Shown: piece after piece, positions 39,048 through 51,300 of the stretch
Layout of the letters: every line of letters begins with the position of its first letter
Position numbering within the stretch: position 1 is the first letter of the stretch
NCBI GenBank assembly: GCA_951406725.2
Contig: OX597820.1
Span: forward strand, 75,144,001-75,208,000
Source: Octopus vulgaris
Taxonomy: Eukaryota
DNA length: 64,000 nt
Direction of reading: 5' to 3'
Position numbers and translations under genes: made by a program
Notes under the pieces: model-generated
Databases searched by the model: none
What the model saw: only the letters and a program-made list of their open reading frames with translations
Told to the model about the DNA's origin: nothing

Positions 39048-39555
39048 TATTTTTATAACTTTACTTTGATTGGATTGGGGACGACATGATGTGTTACATA
39101 ATTTTTTGGAAGCACAGTGATGAAATTTCATTCACTGCTGGAACTCATGTAATTACGAGGCCCTTGGATCAGGGACAACATGACGCTAAACGGTAAAAAG
39201 TGAAAAGCTTTACTCGCCATATGATACGCAGCAAAACTTTTCAGTTGATATCCGACATACCATTATATGGATATCCTTCTATATATGTAATTAGAAAAAA
39301 AAAAGTGAATTAAACGATGATTGTTCACCAAACTTTTGAATGTGCTTTAATTAGATTAACAGCTTAAAAGCTGAGATTATTAGGAAATTTCAAGTTGTTC
39401 GACATTTGTATAGATTCCATTTGAGTTTCTGCATTGATATCTTAAATAAATAATTTTTTAAATTTTAAGAAAACAGTTTTAGCAAATGTATAGACAAATT
39501 ATTATACACGCGATAAATTATTATACACGAATAATAGTGTATAATTTCTTCAGAG

Positions 39556-40061
39556 CAGGGGTGAGGAAACTTTTTAGGGTGACAGACAAATAATTCCAAG
39601 GAAAATTGTCCGCGAGCGGATCACAAGTTCTCACTCTTATATCTCTGTTAATCTTGCATATATCAATATATAATTCGATATACATTAATAAAGATAAGCG
39701 TAAGACATTAAATTAACATACAACATCCTCATTAACGCCGCCACTGAATTTATGACGTTTATATTACTTATGAGGTATTCTATATTTTTCAGCTAGAGCG
39801 TAGTTGGGTCTCAGATGGGTGGTACACACCTAGCAATATGTGTTTTATAGGGAAAACAAGATTTCTATTCAAATGGCAATCCCCAGACGATTTTCTGTTC
39901 GAATCTAACCCTTTTAATTTGTAGTGGAAAAGCGACCTATGTCGCAAATGGGCATATGAATATTGTATATATTTCATAATTGAAAATTTACTATATTTTG
40001 TACATGAGTATACCAGCCTGCGGGCGCAATAAATTAGGAGGTGAGGGTTTCCTCGCCCCTG
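39556..40061. mobile_element. Non-autonomous hAT (Charlie-like) MITE, 506 bp
   Basis: TIRs CAGGGGTGAGGAAAC / GTTTCCTCGCCCCTG (1 mismatch); 8-bp TSD CTTCAGAG at 39548-39555 and 40062-40069. Confidence 0.9.
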
Positions 40062-40411
40062 CTTCAGAGCTTAAATTATATTAGGCCAGCTTAATCATAA
40101 GGCCTATGGGAGATAACAAAATACTCACACAGAGTATAAATGGAATATATAGTTATGTGCGTGCATGAGCATGCGCGGCCAAGTACATATGGTATGTTTA
40201 TGCATGTTTGGGTTTCTTTTGGTCAGTGACATGCAGGGGGAACGCCATAGTTACAGAAAGCGTCATCAGCACTGCAGAAAATATTTACGCACTTCATATA
40301 CTTTAAGTACGTAAGTCAGGCCTCTCTCTTCCTCTCTCTCTCGCTCCCTCTCCCCCTCCTTCCCATCTATCTCCACCTAATCTTTTCCTCTCCTCTTCTT
40401 CCCACTTCCTC

Positions 40412-40496
<85 letters not shown>

Positions 40497-40498
<2 letters not shown>

Positions 40499-41248
40499 AG
40501 GGAGAATTCACAAACAAAAAAACAAAAGACGAAGGCAGGTGCTGTAGAAAGCAAACAGATGTAATAGTCTAACGCTCGGGAATTGAAAAGGTCTTTTTCC
40601 GTTTCGAGCCTACGCTCTTCCACAGAAAGGAACACAGAAATAAACAAGGACAGAAACAAGGAGAGAAAAAAACTGGGTGTAGTGGCTACTGATCTATCAT
40701 GGACGGAAGGGTCACACAGGAGAGCGAATAAGTAGGGGAGATAAAGTAATAGTGATCCCAAAACGAAGGTGCGCGTGTGTAAGAGAGTACGTATGCGCGT
40801 GTGAAAGAGGGCTGGTGGTCTTGACGTGTGCGTGTGTGTATGTATAGGTGTGAAAATGTGGAGATGGGAATTGGTCAGTGCTGGTGTGTGGGTGGTGGTG
40901 TGTTCAGATATGATGTGTTGTGTGGTATGGTGTAGTGTTGCGTCGTGTGATCTTGTTGGGAGGTGGGGAAGTGAGAGTGGGAAAGCATGGGTGGAGTGTG
41001 GGTTATACTGAGGGTTGGGGTAGAGTTGGGGTATGTGGGTAGGCAGAGGGTGGGAGTATAGGTAGGATATATGGCAGAGGGTGTAAGGGATGGTATGGGG
41101 TGTGATGGGAAAGATACGGAAGTTGGAGCAGGAATGTGTAGGGGTGGAGTGGGCTTATGGGGGAAGGGTTGACGATGAAGGGGGAGGGGAAGGTGGGTAT
41201 TAGAGAAGAGAGAAAGAGAGTAGGGGTGAAGAGAAGTAGGAGTGAAGA

Positions 41249-41250
<2 letters not shown>
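40497..41250 (-). mobile_element. Penelope-like remnant with degenerate hammerhead and low-complexity body
   Basis: Minus strand CTTT CTGTGGA A GAGC GTAG GCTC GAAAC; homologous to 31270-31410; right boundary uncertain. Confidence 0.5.
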
Positions 41251-41298
<48 letters not shown>

Positions 41299-42196
41299 CT
41301 GTATGTGTGTGTGTCTGTATGTGTGTGTCTGTATGTGTGTGTGTCTGTATGTGTATGTGTGTGTTCGGAATGTCTTTGCACAGAGACAGAATTTAATCTT
41401 TTCTCTTCATTTCTTTGCTCGAAACGGCCTTAATTCGCTACCTCTCTTCATCTAACACCAACCCCACACATATCCCCAAGTACCTTCCACCTTTACCTAC
41501 CTCTCACCTACTCTCCACTTTCTCACCTGGACACCGCCTAAGTCGCGCACACAACACACCAAGTTCACTTGCTTGTTGTTCATGCATTAATATTTATTTA
41601 CGTGTTCATTTACATAAAAAACAATTTTGCCTTCATCTAACAGATTACTCTATACTTTTGTACAGAACAGATTTATTATTATTAAACAAGAGAGTGACTT
41701 CGGCCACCTAAGCCATCGTCAACAGCTAGACGAGGGGTTAGTTGGTCGAAGCCTCTAGGTATGTACACAGATCTTCACGTATACTGACAGTCACATACTC
41801 ACACTTACACACAAATAAGTGGTTAGTTAAAATATGCTTGTTTAGCATATCTTAGACTGATTGCTTATGTCAGTTAGAAGGATTTAGAAAGTCGTACAAC
41901 ACAATTTGCATTACATTTTATATAACCATCTAAATTGATTTTCTAATATTTTTGTACAATATGCAATATCGATTGCTGAAAATATACAACTAGATTTTAG
42001 GTATTGTTAGGAATTCGTTCTCTCATTGAAAACCGTCGCTTTCATTTCTTTTGAAGTTTGGAAAATCCTTTATAACTCTATTTTAGTCGTAAAAAGGTTC
42101 TGTCTTCCTTCAAATAGCGTCTTTGGAGTGAACACACAAACACAGACACACATTCTCTCTCTCTTCTCTCTCTCTCTCTCTGTATATATATATATA

Positions 42197-42345
42197 TACT
42201 CTCTTTTACTCTATTATTCGTTTCAGTCATGTGACTGTGGCCATGCTGGAGAACCGCCTTTAGACGAGCAAATTGACCCCAGGACTTAGTTTTTGTAAGC
42301 CTAGTACTTATTCTATCGGTCCCTTTTGCTGAACCGCTAATTTAC
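42197..42345 (-). mobile_element. 3' fragment of CORE-type SINE
   Basis: Family tail match. Confidence 0.8.
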
Positions 42346-42481
42346 CCTAACACTAACTTGGCCGAAGATTTATTTCCTTTTCTTCAGATGTCGTATACAC
42401 TTACATTTCTTACCACAATCTTATCTTATTTATATTAAATTCACTCATATTTTATCTTTTATTTGTCGCACTTATTGTCTT

Positions 42482-43082
42482 GTACTCTAAGCACAAGGCC
42501 CCAAATTTTTGGGGTGGGGTACAGTCGCTTACATCGACTCCAGTATGCAACTGGTACTTAATTTATGGACCTCCAAGATGATGAAAGGCAAAGTCGACCT
42601 CGGCGGAATTTGAACTCAGAACGTAAAGACAGACGAAATACCGTTAGGCATTACGCATGGCGTACTAACGTTTCTTATTTCTTTATTGCCCATAAGGGGC
42701 TAAACATAGAGGGGACAAACGGATTAAGTCGATTATATCGACCCCAGTGTGTAACTGGTACTTAATTTATCGACCCCGAAAGGATAAACGGTAAAGTCAA
42801 CGTCGGCGGAATATGAACTCAGGACGTAAAGGCAGACAAAATACCTATTTCTTTACTACCAACAGGGGGCTAAACACAGAGAGGACAAACAAGGACACAC
42901 AAACGGATTAAGTCGATTATATCGGTCCCAGTGCGTATCTGGTACTTATTTAATCGACCATGAATGGATAAAAGGCAAAGTCGACCTCGGCGGAATTTGA
43001 ACTCAGAACGTAGCGGCAGACGGCTCTTGGCATTCTAAGCATTTCGCCCGGCGTACTAACGTTTCTGCCAACTCGTTGCCTT
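42482..43082 (-). mobile_element. Trimeric tRNA-derived SINE array
   Basis: Three units; junctions at about 42675 and 42845/42846. Confidence 0.85.
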
Positions 43083-43096
43083 AAGACAAATGAATA

Positions 43097-43307
43097 TTCT
43101 TTTCTAATCTAGGCACAATGCCCGAAATTTTGGGGAGGGGGCAGTCGATTAGGTCAACCCTACTACGCAACTGGTACTTAATTTATCGACCCCGAAAAGA
43201 AGAAAGTGAAAGTTGGCCTCAGCGGAATTTGAACTCAGAACATAAAGACAGACAAAAACTGCTAAGCATTTCGCCCGTCATGCTAACGTTTCTGCCTGCT
43301 CGCCGCC
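43097..43307 (-). mobile_element. tRNA-derived SINE fused downstream of the 5.8S sequence
   Basis: Family match; the head GAGGCGGCGAG overlaps the 5.8S 3' end. Confidence 0.85.
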
Positions 43308-43460
43308 TCAGGGATCTGACGGGGTCCCGAGACAGTGGGATCCCGAGGCCGCAATGTGTGTTCGAGGTGTCGATGTTCACTGAGTCCTACAATTCGCATA
43401 AGTTCACGCGGATAGCCGCGCTCTTCATCGACGGACGAGCCGAGTGATTCCCCCGTCGCA
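43305..43460 (-). pseudogene. 5.8S rRNA pseudogene (near full length)
   Basis: Minus strand ATCACTCGGCTCGTCCGTCGATGAAGAGCGCGGC...GAATTGTAGGAC...GAACATCGACACCTCGAACACACATTGCGGCC...CTGAGG matches conserved 5.8S motifs; no flanking ITS, 18S or 28S. Confidence 0.9.
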
Positions 43461-44175
43461 CTTATTGAACTGTAGCCATGCTGGAGTTCTGCCCTGAAGA
43501 ATTTAGTCGAAGAAATCGAGACCTGTCCTGATAGGCGCGCGCACGCGCGTGTGTGTATTTGAGTGTATGTATGTAAGTCACTTCTCTATTTAATTATAAC
43601 TCTTCCTCTGAGGAGGGATTCGGTTTCCATCTAAGATACAAGGCTCCATCTTTTGGGATGTAGTTAACACAGACAAATTCATATTTGGAACTTGAGAAAA
43701 GTCTTGCATATTTTTACTGTTCCATTCACAGATTGTACTTGTAATGTACGAATTAGCAGGTCGATTTCTCTTTCTGAAAACTCCAGTTTATCCAGATTCT
43801 GCGAGTGCTCAAATTATTATTTGTATGAATATAAATTCATAGTCTGGATATAGAAGCTGGAGGTTTCGAAGCAGTTGTCCATAGATATTCTAATTTTCTT
43901 TGATTTTGAAAGAGATATTTAAATCTGCTGGGCAGCTGACCTTTATGAGGGTACATACATTTTGCCCTCTGTCCTATACAACAATATCCGGCCTGTCATG
44001 TTTACATTTGGTATGTAAGTATGTTTTCATGGGAGTCTGTTACTTTATTTTATCGATCTCTTCCGTAGAATTACTAATGATGCGGGGACTTCAATAAAAC
44101 AACACTGGCTGTTAAGCGACCCAGGGGAATAAAAACAGACAGAAACACACATGCAACTTACACAAACATACATAT

Positions 44176-44229
<54 letters not shown>

Positions 44230-44366
44230 GTATATGTATATATATATATATGTATATATGACCGTTTTTTCTAAAGGGCCAATCAAACAAGTCCATTTCT
44301 TTTTAAAGGTGTAGCGTTTGTAAGAGTATAGATTGAATTAATATATAAGTTCCATTCTAGCAAAAA

Positions 44367-44404
44367 CTGTCTGATGAACGGCAACGAGAAACTCAGAGTA
44401 ACAG
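44367..44404 (+). ncRNA. Minimal type I hammerhead ribozyme motif (Penelope-like)
   Basis: CTGT CTGATGA A CG GCAA CG A GAAAC TCAGA GTA ACAG: stem I CTGT/ACAG, intact core, GUA cleavage triplet, weak stem II. Confidence 0.7.
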
Positions 44405-44439
44405 ATTTTGTTGAATTTTCTGCTGCTTAAAATAAAGTA

Positions 44440-44527
<88 letters not shown>

Positions 44528-44689
44528 GTTCATGGATGAGAATCAGATATTCTCCATGTAGAATACACTTAATAGTTCTCAAGAGATTTACACATGAGCG
44601 GGTAGAGGAGTAAATGTAAGTATAAGCAAGTTAGGCATTTCGATATACAAAGAATTTTAAATCGATTAAATACAAAAAAATATATGTTT

Positions 44690-44895
44690 ACCTACCAAAA
44701 TTCCGACTTACACAGAATAGAAATGATGTCAAAAATTAAAGGGGGCAAAAATGAAGGAAATGTATTACAAATCCTACAGCTTGTTGTGGGGACCCCGTGG
44801 TCCCAAATAGCGATTGTAAATTGATTACATCATCGGGTGATACTAGACTCCGTCTTCAGGGAGGAAATCTTACATTTGAGGTGTTGACAGAAAGG
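44690..44895 (-). mobile_element. Penelope-like remnant (same family as 3060-3250)
   Basis: Minus strand CCTGAAGACGGAG...CCGATGATG.AATCAA.TTACAA...AGCTGTAGG. Confidence 0.5.
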
Positions 44896-45060
44896 AAATC
44901 AGATATCTGTTTATAAAAACATACATAAATATATTGCTACAAACATATAGGTGACGAGCTTCCATTCGGCTTGCGTTTACCAGATGCATTCATATGGTTT
45001 TGAGAATTTTCTTTCATCTTTTAGTCATCATTTTAACTTTATATATACGTATATACGTAC

Positions 45061-45480
<420 letters not shown>

Positions 45481-45688
45481 CATATATGCTGTCATCCTGA
45501 TATTTACTAGACACACAGACACAGCACGTAAACTTTTCATAATAAGTAGATGAAGAACATATATATATATATATATATATATATTGATAAAAATGGTAAG
45601 ACAACAAAAGAATAAAAAAGACCTCGATATTATATAAATAGAGGAATTTATCTATAAATTTAATATGTGACAATTATTCGGTAGCCAA

Positions 45689-45749
45689 GATAAAACTCCG
45701 AGTTTCGGATGCCAAGGTGAAAATCTACGCCGCCATCCCTTCAGTTATC
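45689..45749 (-). ncRNA. Hammerhead-like motif with one core defect
   Basis: Minus strand GATAA CTGAAG GGATG...CATCC GAAAC TCGGA GTT TTATC. Confidence 0.6.
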
Positions 45750-45797
45750 CGGTCATCAGAAAAATACTATGAAAATAGAGAGAGAGTGTGTGTGTGC

Positions 45798-45830
<33 letters not shown>

Positions 45831-46323
45831 GTGCATATTTATAGCTGTCGGTGATAGCGTGTATAGTCTTTCTCCGTATTAATGTTTATTTCCTATGATA
45901 TTAGAAAGTTCGATATAAGCTTCATTTAACCGGATTTTAGGTTTAATATACGTAACCTGAAATTTTCACTGTTATGTCTTCACTAAAGTTAATCATTTAA
46001 GTAAATTAGACACTGCAAGTCTGTTGACAATATTGTTTACTTATTGTCTGGAAAATTATGATGCATTGTTTATGTTGCTTAATCTTTTTTAATTTCATTT
46101 CCTATGCTTTTTCTTCAAGAAAGAAGCAATGGAAAATAGTGTATTTAATATATATACTGATGGGTTTGACTGATTAGCTGAATTAAGAAGATACACACAC
46201 ACACTATATATGTATATATATATTGATGTACACAGATATGTATACATATACATACAGACACACACATATTAATATGTGAGTATGTATATGTGTCTATATA
46301 TATATGTATATATGTACGTATAA

Positions 46324-46383
<60 letters not shown>

Positions 46384-46949
46384 AAGTTTATACATATATG
46401 GTGCGCGCGTGTGTTTCCTTTATTTTAACTTGACATTAGTATGGTATTTACTTCAAACATATTCGTGAGTTTTCTGATAAATTACAAATTTTAATGCTAG
46501 AAGATCTGTATAATTCAAGAAAAAAAAATCTAATTATCCAAAGAAATTTAACTAGTTTATTTATCTACATATTTAATTTTTCAAATCCAACTTTTAAAAA
46601 AAAATCAGTTTCATTAATGTTATATGCATTTGTAGTTTCAGACTCCTTGTGATATTGCACATGAAATGTTGTAAAATATGTTTCTAATTGAATAAGCACA
46701 AAAAGAAAAAGAAAACCAATGGGGTAAAATTGAATTCTGATCATTGAGATAAGAGTAAGAGATTTAATGAAGTACGATTAACTTGCTTGTAATTGAAGTT
46801 GAGTTAATATCTTTCCATCGAAAGCTTGGAATTTGGTTATATTCGATGTAAACAATTTATTATATACGTAAGGATTTTAGAATTTTACTGAATGTCACAT
46901 TTAAATAATAATATACTTAATGGTTAGACTAATGTTCTGTCCTTATATA

Positions 46950-47900
46950 GCAAACATAGAGCTGTTATTTTCTTATCTTCTGTGTTGCTCTCTGTTATCT
47001 GCGATTAAACAAGCTTTTGCTACATCTTTGCTCAACCGAACGACAAGGAAAAATGTATTGCTATGTCGTTTGAGAAACATTTTGCTTCTTCCTAACCGAG
47101 TGAAACGTTTGTCACCTTGCGATATCTGCAGAGGATACAGAAATTTTCCTACTCTCGCGATGGCTTCAGAAGAAGAGTTTACAAGAACTTTGATTAGCTC
47201 CTGCAGTTTCTGCTTGAAAGCAAAGCATCACGGATGTTCATTTCACCACTTGCATAAGACAGAATATTTATATGGTCAATCAGTCTGTTAGTAGTGGAGA
47301 CTTACTCCATTCCCTTCAAACTACACACAGCTTTTTTTTTTAAACAGACACATCGGATAATGTAGACTTGTAAAGATAACGCTTGAAAATCTGGGATTCA
47401 TCAGGGCAAGAATACTCTTTGCAAAGGAATTCAATCGAAACTGCATTGCTCAAACTGAAAAACAATGACGTCATAGTATACACATCACATGCAGTGAAAA
47501 ATGGTGTGGGGATGCAGAATAGCATTTCATACAACCTCTTCGTTTTCTTCAAGAGCATTGAAATCTAGTATAAATCAAAATTCTTCAACAAAGTACCAGT
47601 GTCTTATTGTAGTTATTTTGCTTATAACATTTTCATTAGTGACGCCATTAATTTTCAAGTTATCAAGTTTAAATTAGAACATTCTGTCTTTCTGGACTAA
47701 ACAGAACAGGAGACATGTTGGATGGAGAGTAGCTGAAGAGGTCACAGAATGTGCGCGAAAAATTTCAGACAAATGACAATAAGATAAGAACAATAACACA
47801 GCTGATAAAGAACGAATATATAGTGCGTGTGTTTATTTGGAAAAATAATGGCCATTCCAGAATATACAAATATCTCTTTCAAGACACGATTTCACATCAG
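46950..47900 (-). pseudogene. Possible highly decayed PIN/XPG-like nuclease-domain ORF from a large DNA transposon
   Basis: Ordered minus-strand fragments ERDICIF, YIRS...VIVLILLSF, CIPTPFFTACDVYTMTSLFFSL and KAVCSLKG resemble the EADT.I, S.DTDV.V and HAFTGCDT.S.F motifs; weak and frameshifted. Confidence 0.35.
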
Positions 47901-47946
47901 GAATTTAGCCAAAGAAATGCATGAACTCAATATCTAAACTTATTTC

Positions 47947-48347
47947 AAGGCGGCGAGTTGGCAGAAACGTTAGCACGCCGGGCGAAATGCGTAGGCGTAT
48001 TTCGTCTGCCATTATGTTCTGAGTTCAAATTCCGCTGAGGTCGACTTTGCCTTTCATCCTTTCGAGGTCGATAAATTAAGTACCAGTTACGCACTGGGGT
48101 CAATGTAATCGACTTAATCCGTTTGTCTACCATTGTTTGTCCCCTCTGTGTTTAGCCCCTTGTGGGTTGTAAAGAAGTAGGTATTTCGTCTGTCTTTACG
48201 TTCTGAGTTCAAATTCCGCCTTGGTCAACTTTGACTTTTATCCTTTCGCGGTCGATAAATTAAGTACAAGTTGCGTACTGGGGTCGATCTATTCGACTAT
48301 CCCTTTACCTCAAAATTTCAGACCTTGTGCTTAGAGTAGAAAAGAAT
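47947..48347 (+). mobile_element. Dimeric tRNA-derived SINE
   Basis: The second unit restarts at GGTATTTCGTC (48180). Confidence 0.85.
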
Positions 48348-51300
48348 ATCTAAACTAATTTCATCTAATGCACCTGTATTTTAAGATGCTGCTGTATGGA
48401 TTGGAGATTTGTTTGTAATTCCTTTCAGGTGAAATAATCGCCCGCATGTAAAAAGTATGATTTAGATGAAGAGCGATGCCAAACGTGACTATCCAATTTT
48501 ATGGCCTTGTTTTATATGACACAGTATATATAGTATTGTAATAAATCGTTTCGCTATTTAAGGCAATGGGATGTAAAATGAAGGAGAATTGGTTGACATT
48601 TCTTGCAAATCAATTGCCTATATAGATGGTTTCAGTTCGTGCAAGGTTGTGGTTGATCTGAAGTAAGTACTTTATTACCCTACATCGTTAATGTCATACA
48701 AATATAACCGGATAAACGGAAAGTAAATTGTAGGTAAACACACGAGTAGATTTACATTCGATTGAAAGTCGTTTTAGTATGAAATAAACACCAGAATTAA
48801 ATATATCCTTCTTCGTTTCCTTGATATTAATATTTAGTCCAGTTCAGTTCTTCAGCAGAACCATAGTAAAATATGAATCTCCTTTGGCTCATTTAATCTA
48901 CTACTAAATATATTTCCCCATCTGTCCATCTTTTCTAAATCAACTAATGAAGATTTGGCTGTGATTTCATGCATGCCGGGCCATTGCGCAGAGGATCCCG
49001 CGTATGTGTTACTTAACAGTCCGTTCTACTCGAGGCACAAGGCCTAAAATTTTGCGTGAGGGAATAACTGATTTACATCGTCCCCTATGTGTAACTGTTA
49101 TTTATTTTACCGACCTTAAAAGGATAAAAGGCAGAGTCGATCTGGGCGGAATTTAAGCTCAGAACGTAAGGTCGGACGAAATGCATTTTACTCGGCACCT
49201 CTATGTTACTTAATAATGGAATGTGAACTAAAGAATAATTATTATATCACTATATTTTTACACTATTTCAATCTTACACGTTGATATTTCTGCTTTGGAC
49301 TATTATGTTTCGAGGCTGCAGCATGATTTTATCGCGTACTGAACCGTCATATCTTTGTGTAAAACATTTAAATCAATGAAATGTTATTGAAACGAACAAA
49401 TATACAATGAGGTCGAAATATTTATCATTAGAAACGTGGCGGAATACAAACAGTTGTTAATATTCATATTTATTTCTGCATCTATAATTCTTTTCTCTAA
49501 ACACATCACTATCAATGCTTGATGAATCTCCAGCAACACCCTTCAAAGGTCTTAATCTATGAAAACCATTCATCATTTACCATTATCCTTGCCCTGCTTC
49601 TGCAGCTATGAGGAAATAGAGTTGTGCAGCAGTCATCACTCATCACCTAATGTAGATCTTGACAAATGATATTCCGATAAAATCTCTAGTGTTTAATATT
49701 TAAAAAGCAGTCGAGGTTAATAACATAGCAAGCGTCATAAGACTAACTGAGAAACGTCAAAATTATTCCGCAATTCGGTTTCAATACTTCGCTGATTTAA
49801 CTGCTTTTGCTATTTTCGGGTTCAATCCATTTTTGTAATTCAGCAAGAGAATTTCTTTTATTTGTATGAATTGTTTTACGAGTATTAAGTAGTGAGAATA
49901 AAGCTTCCAAAATAAATAACACCCACTGCAAGCCTCATTCAGTTCAAATTCATTTCTATTTCAAAACATGGTTAATACAAGGAATTGAGCTGCCAGAAGT
50001 GTTACAGTGTCGGAGAAAATGCGTTGCTGTGTTTCTTTCGGCTCTTGGCATTCTAAGTTCATAATTCGCCGAGTTCAACTTTGCCTTCCAAGATCGATAA
50101 AACAACGTGCCAATCATGTAGTACGATCAATGGTGTAAACTGACATCTGCTCTTTGAAATCACTGGCCGTCAACATAAAGCAGAAACCAACATGGAGTCC
50201 CTTACTTGCTTTTGGGAAGGGCGTAAATGTCATGAGAATAATTGTCTCCCTTCTGATATATTATTGTTTCAAATTTTGGAACAGGGCAAGCGATTTGGAG
50301 GGCATGGGCAAGTCGGTTGTATCGATAAATTACTTGATTGGTACATATTTTATTTACCTTGAAAAAGATGGGAGCGGAATTTGAGCTCAGAATCTCTAGA
50401 GGTAATGCTGTTGAGCAGTTTATACGATGTGCTAACGATTCTACCAGTTCGCCTCCTATAATATATTATAAAGATAGTTTTGCTTTATATAAACGAAAAT
50501 AATATACTATATTTTATATCACAGTGAAAGTATTTTCTCAGACAGGTCAAAAATTCCACCATAAATTCAAACCGTCCATGTATATTCAGTCTGAACAGAG
50601 GTAGATGTCGAAAGACAGATCTATATTATTGAAACTACTTAATTCCAACAGTTTCAGTTAAACGCCACAAGCGTTTCTTTGCGCATTATATAAATATCTT
50701 CATTCTCCTAACAGACTCAGTTCACCGAAACATCAATCGTTGATATAAGATCATTCACTAATGTTAGAGGCGATCAGTCAGCACCATAACCTTAGGAAAG
50801 ATGTATTTCTCTTTTACTAAAACTAAGGAACGAAAAGTAACTACTTACAAGTTAAAATGTTTTTGAAGTTAGTATAGACTTGAAATTACATTTGTACTTT
50901 CATTAACATATCATATCTATGTCTCATCGATAATTTCTTTACTGATTTCTTACTTTACAAGTCATCTCTGTTTCCACTGTCCAGAAAAGCAGAGTAAAAA
51001 TTTTTTTTTTTAAATCTGAGGTGAAATGTGTTCTTTAATAGCTGCGCCTCATGTTCGTAAGCGAAATTACGAGGGTGGGCCGAAGAGATCATTGGCTGAC
51101 TATGAAGGATTAATACTAGAGCTGTGGAATATTGCAAGCATTAATTTTAACACTTCTAATAAATAACTGCATTGCTTCTTTCCAGGTAAACCGACGTCAC
51201 TTATGATGGTGATGACTTTTTTATCAACAGGATTAAAGCTTCTTCACCAATTGTATTCAGGCAAGGTGGGGAGGCTAGTAAGAAAGATTAATCCATGAGA

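Noticed and set aside
43305-43460. Functional rDNA unit
   Set aside because: Isolated 5.8S with substitutions in conserved positions and no 18S, 28S or ITS; called a pseudogene.
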